A stretch of DNA of 32,000 nucleotides from Candidatus Saccharimonadota bacterium (GTDB taxonomy: Bacteria > Pseudomonadota > Gammaproteobacteria > Burkholderiales > Burkholderiaceae). Location of the stretch: positions 1 through 32,000 of the forward strand of contig NZ_OZ026462.1 of the NCBI RefSeq assembly GCF_964019745.1, written 5' to 3'. The notes under the pieces are model-generated. The model was not told the origin of the DNA and ran no database searches. It saw nothing but the letters and a program-made list of their open reading frames with translations. The number at the start of each line of letters is the position of its first letter. Position 1 is the stretch's first letter. Shown here piece by piece: positions 28,043 to 32,000 of this stretch. The position numbers were made by a program, and so were the translations under genes.

Positions 28043-30784
28043 ATGATAAATAAAATTATTTTAAAAAAAAAAAATAAATATAAAAATATTTCTTATTCAT
28101 ATCTTTTTAGTGAAAATATTAAATATTTAGAATATTTATTAAATAAAAATACTAAAATTACAAAAAAAAATATAAAAAAAAACATAGAAAAAAACATAGA
28201 AAAAAACATAGAAAAAAATATAAAAAAAAAAATATTACATTTAAAAATTAAAAAATTAATTAATAATTATAGAAATCTAGGATTTAAAAAATCAAATATT
28301 AATCCATTAAAAATAAATAAATGTAAATTAAAAAAATTAGATTTAAATTTTTATAATTTTAAAGAAAATGATTTTAAAAAAAAAATTAATATTAAAAATA
28401 TTTTTTTAAAAAATAAAAAATTATTTTTACATGAATTATATAATGCTCTAAATAAAATTTATTCTAAATTTATTGGTATAGAATTTTCTTATATTAATAA
28501 AAAAAAGGAAGTTTCTTGGATACAAAAAAAAATTGAAGAATCATATCAAAGTTTCTTTTTATCAAAAGAAAAAAAAATAAATATTTTAAAAAAAATAATA
28601 GCTGCAGAAGAATGGGAAATATATTTAAGTAAAAACTTTATAGGACAAAAAAGATTCTCATTAGAAGGTGCAGAAAGTATAATACCTTTATTAGATGAAA
28701 TAATTTTTTATTCATTAAAAAAAAAAATTAAAAAAATTATAATAGGAATGTCACATAGAGGAAGATTAAATGTTTTAGCAAATATTTTAGGTAAAAAACC
28801 TAAAAAAATTTTCAATGAATTTAATGAAATATCTTTTAAAAATATTTTTGGAGATGTAAAATATCATAAAGGATTTTCTTCTAAAATTTTTACTTCAAAA
28901 GGAAATATAAATTTATATTTATCTTTTAATCCTTCACATTTAGAAGCAGTAAATCCAGTAGTAGAAGGAATTACAAAAGCTTTTATGAATAAAAAACAAG
29001 AAAATATTTTACCAATTTTAATACATGGTGATGCGGCTTTTTCTGGACAAGGAATAGTTATGGAAACACTTAATTTATCACAAACTAAAGGTTATACTAC
29101 TAATGGTACAATACATATTATTATTAATAATCAAATAGGTTTTACTACTTCAAAAATTAAAGAATCTAGATCTAATATTTTTTGTACAGATATTGTTAAA
29201 ATGATTGAAGCACCTGTATTACATATTAATGTAGAAAATTTAAAATCAATAATTTTAGCTATACAAATAGCTATAGATTATAAAATAAAATTTAAAAAAG
29301 ATATTGTTTTAGATATTATTTGTTTTAGAAAATTAGGACATAATGAACAAGATACTCCATCTTTAACACAACCTTTAATGTATGAAAAAATTAATAAACA
29401 TATAGGTATTAAAAATTTATATATTAATAAATTAGTTAATGAAAAAATAATTTCTAAACAAGAAGTTAATAAAATTATAGATGATTATAAAAATTTAATT
29501 AATATACAAAAAAAACAAATTACTGGGTATTTTTTAAAAAAAAATTTATTTATGTATAATAAAAATTGGAAATTTTTTTTAAATAAAAAACAAAATAATA
29601 ATGTTATTACATCTATAGAAATAAAAAAAATTAAAGAACTTTCAAAAAAAATTACTACTATACCAAAAAAATTTAAATTACATAATTTAATTAAAAAAAT
29701 AATAAAAAATAGAATTTTAATGGGTAATGGTAAAAAAAAAATTGATTGGGGTATGAGTGAACATTTAGCATATGCATCATTATTAATATCTGGATATAAT
29801 ATAAGATTAAGTGGACAAGATTCAGAAAGAGGAACTTTTTCTCATAGACATGCTGTAATACATGATCAAAATATTAAAAAATATAATAATGGTGAATATA
29901 TTCCTTTACAAAATATTCAAAAAAATCAATCAAAATTTGAAATTATAAATTCAGTTTTATCTGAAAAAGCAATATTAGGTTTTGAATATGGATTTTCATT
30001 AGTAGAACCAAATAATTTAACAATTTGGGAAGCTCAATTTGGAGATTTTGCTAATGAAGCACAAGTTATTATAGATCAATTTATAAGTTCAGGAGAAAAA
30101 AAATGGGGATTAATATCGGGGATTGTTTTAATGTTACCACATGGTTTTGAAGGACAGGGACCTGAACATTCTTCTGCAAGATTAGAAAGATATTTACAAT
30201 TATGTTCTAATCAAAATTTACAAATAATACAACCTACAACTTCAAAACAATTATTTCATTTATTACGTCGTCAAGTAATAGGAAATTTTAGAAAACCATT
30301 AATTTTAATAATGCCTAAATCTTTATTAAGAAATGAGAATTCTAGTTCTAATTTAGAAGAATTAGCTAATGGTAAATTTGAGAATATTATAAAAAATAAA
30401 TGTAATAATATTATTTCTAATATTACAAATTTAATAATTTGTTCTGGAAAGATATATTTTGATATAATTAAAAAAAATGAAAAATATAATTTAAAAAATA
30501 TTTTTATAATTAGAATAGAACAATTATATCCTTTTCCTAAAAAAGATTTTTTTAAATTTATAAAAAAAATTAAAAATCTTAAAAAAATAATTTGGGTACA
30601 AGAAGAACCTAAAAATCAAGGAGCATGGTTATATATTAAAGAAAAAATTTCTAAAAAACTTAAAAAAAATCAAAAAATTTCTTATATTGGTCGTATTTCT
30701 AGTTCTTCTACAGCTACAGGTTGTTATAAACAACATTGTTTAGAACAAAAAAAAATTTTAAAAAAAATTTTTTCAAAAAAATAA
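28043..30784 (+). CDS. sucA: 2-oxoglutarate dehydrogenase E1 component
   Basis: 913 aa. KRFSLEGAES, MSHRGRLNVLAN, HGDAAFSGQG, NNQIGFTT, GQDSERGTFSHRHA, WEAQFGDFAN, LPHGFEGQGPEHSSARLER. Confidence 0.97.
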   Translation: MINKIILKKKNKYKNISYSYLFSENIKYLEYLLNKNTKITKKNIKKNIEKNIEKNIEKNIKKKILHLKIKKLINNYRNLGFKKSNINPLKINKCKLKKLDLNFYNFKENDFKKKINIKNIFLKNKKLFLHELYNALNKIYSKFIGIEFSYINKKKEVSWIQKKIEESYQSFFLSKEKKINILKKIIAAEEWEIYLSKNFIGQKRFSLEGAESIIPLLDEIIFYSLKKKIKKIIIGMSHRGRLNVLANILGKKPKKIFNEFNEISFKNIFGDVKYHKGFSSKIFTSKGNINLYLSFNPSHLEAVNPVVEGITKAFMNKKQENILPILIHGDAAFSGQGIVMETLNLSQTKGYTTNGTIHIIINNQIGFTTSKIKESRSNIFCTDIVKMIEAPVLHINVENLKSIILAIQIAIDYKIKFKKDIVLDIICFRKLGHNEQDTPSLTQPLMYEKINKHIGIKNLYINKLVNEKIISKQEVNKIIDDYKNLINIQKKQITGYFLKKNLFMYNKNWKFFLNKKQNNNVITSIEIKKIKELSKKITTIPKKFKLHNLIKKIIKNRILMGNGKKKIDWGMSEHLAYASLLISGYNIRLSGQDSERGTFSHRHAVIHDQNIKKYNNGEYIPLQNIQKNQSKFEIINSVLSEKAILGFEYGFSLVEPNNLTIWEAQFGDFANEAQVIIDQFISSGEKKWGLISGIVLMLPHGFEGQGPEHSSARLERYLQLCSNQNLQIIQPTTSKQLFHLLRRQVIGNFRKPLILIMPKSLLRNENSSSNLEELANGKFENIIKNKCNNIISNITNLIICSGKIYFDIIKKNEKYNLKNIFIIRIEQLYPFPKKDFFKFIKKIKNLKKIIWVQEEPKNQGAWLYIKEKISKKLKKNQKISYIGRISSSSTATGCYKQHCLEQKKILKKIFSKK

Positions 30785-30811
30785 AAATATTTTATAAAAT
30801 ATATAAAAAAT

Positions 30812-31900
30812 ATGGAAAATATTAATATTTTAGTTCCTCAATTATCAGAATCTATATCAGAAGCAACATTAATAAAATGGCATAAAAAAATTGGTGATAT
30901 AGTTAATGAAGGAGAAAACTTAGTTGATATAGAAACTGATAAGATAGTAATGGAAATACCTTCACCTAAAAAAGGAATAATAAAAAATATTATAAAAAAA
31001 AATGGAGAAAATGTTAAAACAAATGAAATAATAGGAATTATAAAAATTTTTAAAAAAAATGAAATTTTAAAAGAAAAAAAAAATAAAATATCAAAAATAA
31101 AATTAAATTCTAATATTAAAGAAAATAAATTTTCTTTAATAAATAAAAAAAAACAAGAAAATTTTAAATTTGAAGAAAAAAATAAACAAAAATATAATTC
31201 AAAAAAAATTGAATATATACCAATGAGTAAAATACGCATTAAAATAGCAGAAAGATTATTAGAATCACAAGCAAATAATGCTATTTTAACTACATTTAAT
31301 GAAGTAAATATGAAACCAATAATTGATTTACGAAATAAATATAAGGAAGAATTTGAAAAAGAATATAAAATTAAATTAGGATTTATGCCATTTTTTATTA
31401 AAGCTGTTATTCAAGCTTTAAAAAAATATCCTATAATTAATGCATCAATTGAAAATAATAATATTATTTATCATTATTATTATGATATAGGTATAGCAGT
31501 AAGTACTAAAAAAGGATTAATTGTGCCTATTTTAAAAAATGCTGATAAATTATCAATATCAGAAATTGAAAAAAAAATAAATTTATTTAAAATAAATGCA
31601 AATAATAGTAAATTATCAATAGATGAATTAATAGGTGGTACATTTACCATTTCTAATGGAGGAATTTTTGGTTCTTTATTTTCAACACCAATAATAAATC
31701 CTCCTCAATCAGCAATTTTAGGAATTCATACTAATAAAGATAGAGTAATAGTTGAATCAGGAAAAATAGTAATAAGACCAATGAATTATTTAGCACTTTC
31801 TTATGATCATCGTATTATAGATGGTAAAGAAGCAATCTTAAGTTTATTAACTATTAAAAAAAATTTAGAAGATCCATTAAGAATGATGTTAAAAATATAA
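30812..31900 (+). CDS. sucB: Dihydrolipoyllysine-residue succinyltransferase (2-oxoglutarate dehydrogenase E2)
   Basis: 362 aa. Single lipoyl domain with DIETDKIVMEIPSP; catalytic domain with GGTFTISNGGIFGS and LSYDHRIIDG. Confidence 0.95.
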   Translation: MENINILVPQLSESISEATLIKWHKKIGDIVNEGENLVDIETDKIVMEIPSPKKGIIKNIIKKNGENVKTNEIIGIIKIFKKNEILKEKKNKISKIKLNSNIKENKFSLINKKKQENFKFEEKNKQKYNSKKIEYIPMSKIRIKIAERLLESQANNAILTTFNEVNMKPIIDLRNKYKEEFEKEYKIKLGFMPFFIKAVIQALKKYPIINASIENNNIIYHYYYDIGIAVSTKKGLIVPILKNADKLSISEIEKKINLFKINANNSKLSIDELIGGTFTISNGGIFGSLFSTPIINPPQSAILGIHTNKDRVIVESGKIVIRPMNYLALSYDHRIIDGKEAILSLLTIKKNLEDPLRMMLKI

Positions 31901-31937
31901 AAAAATTTAAAATTTTAACTTTTTTTAAAAAAAAAAT

Positions 31938-32000
31938 ATGATAAAAAAATTTGATGTTATTATTATCGGTGGTGGCCCTGCAGGGTATACTACTTCAATT
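31938..32000 (+). CDS. lpdA: Dihydrolipoyl dehydrogenase (E3), 3'-partial (first 21 codons only)
   Basis: ATG at 31938. MIKKFDVIIIGGGPAGYTTSI is an FAD-binding GxGxxG N-terminus. Position directly after sucA-sucB. Truncated by the window edge. Confidence 0.75.
   Translation, partial: MIKKFDVIIIGGGPAGYTTSI

Noticed and set aside
30838-31239. 133-aa minus-strand ORF inside sucB
   Set aside because: It is antisense to the sucB lipoyl and linker region. It is an F/I/S-rich low-complexity product and is spurious.
1-32000. Search for mobile elements, prophage, defence or toxin-antitoxin systems, secretion systems, or a novel multi-gene protein system
   Set aside because: Every ORF of meaningful length is assignable to a conserved housekeeping family. 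No unassigned long ORFs, transposase or integrase motifs, or terminal inverted repeats bounding a cassette were seen.

Overview
This window comes from an extremely A+T-rich, highly reduced bacterial genome. Its proteins are dominated by K/I/N/F/Y, and the intergenic DNA is about 99% A+T.

**Likely source.** Gene order points to a betaproteobacterial (Burkholderiales-like) obligate endosymbiont in the style of the tiny insect nutritional symbionts: dnaA-dnaN-gyrB, leuS-holA, grpE-dnaK-dnaJ, dnaX-ybaB, sdhCDAB-sdhE, sucA-sucB-lpdA and an ETF-ubiquinone oxidoreductase. The DnaK sequence points the same way. I cannot name the organism from the sequence alone.

**Features.** I can support 24 protein-coding genes and 2 tRNAs (Arg-ACG and Phe-GAA). 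dnaA is open at the left edge and lpdA is cut at the right edge. All of them are housekeeping genes for replication, translation, chaperones and a partial TCA/respiratory chain.

**Absent.** I see no mobile elements, CRISPR arrays, defence or toxin systems, rRNA, or any novel multi-gene protein system. All long ORFs are accounted for.

**Unexplained structure.** What the genes do not explain is non-coding:
- A 1.83-kb composite tandem array (20012-21838) of six abutting, internally perfect blocks: a 7-mer x31, then 11-mers x22, x16, x70, x25 and about x12.6. It lies in the divergent spacer between grpE and tRNA-Phe/thyA.
- A two-block 9-mer array (15741-15997) between dnaJ and tilS.
- An 880-nt spacer (11361-12240) with only 7 G/C by my count.

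**Secondary observations.**
- TGA occurs only as the terminal codon of two genes. Each is followed within two codons by an in-frame TAA, and every Trp is TGG.
- The ETF-QO gene has no visible partner genes in the window.
- sdh and suc are adjacent with no gltA between them.
- dnaX is only gamma-sized.
- Coding regions contain many in-frame poly(A) tracts of 15-17 nt.

**Limits.** Gene calls rest on motifs and synteny recalled from memory. No database search was possible.
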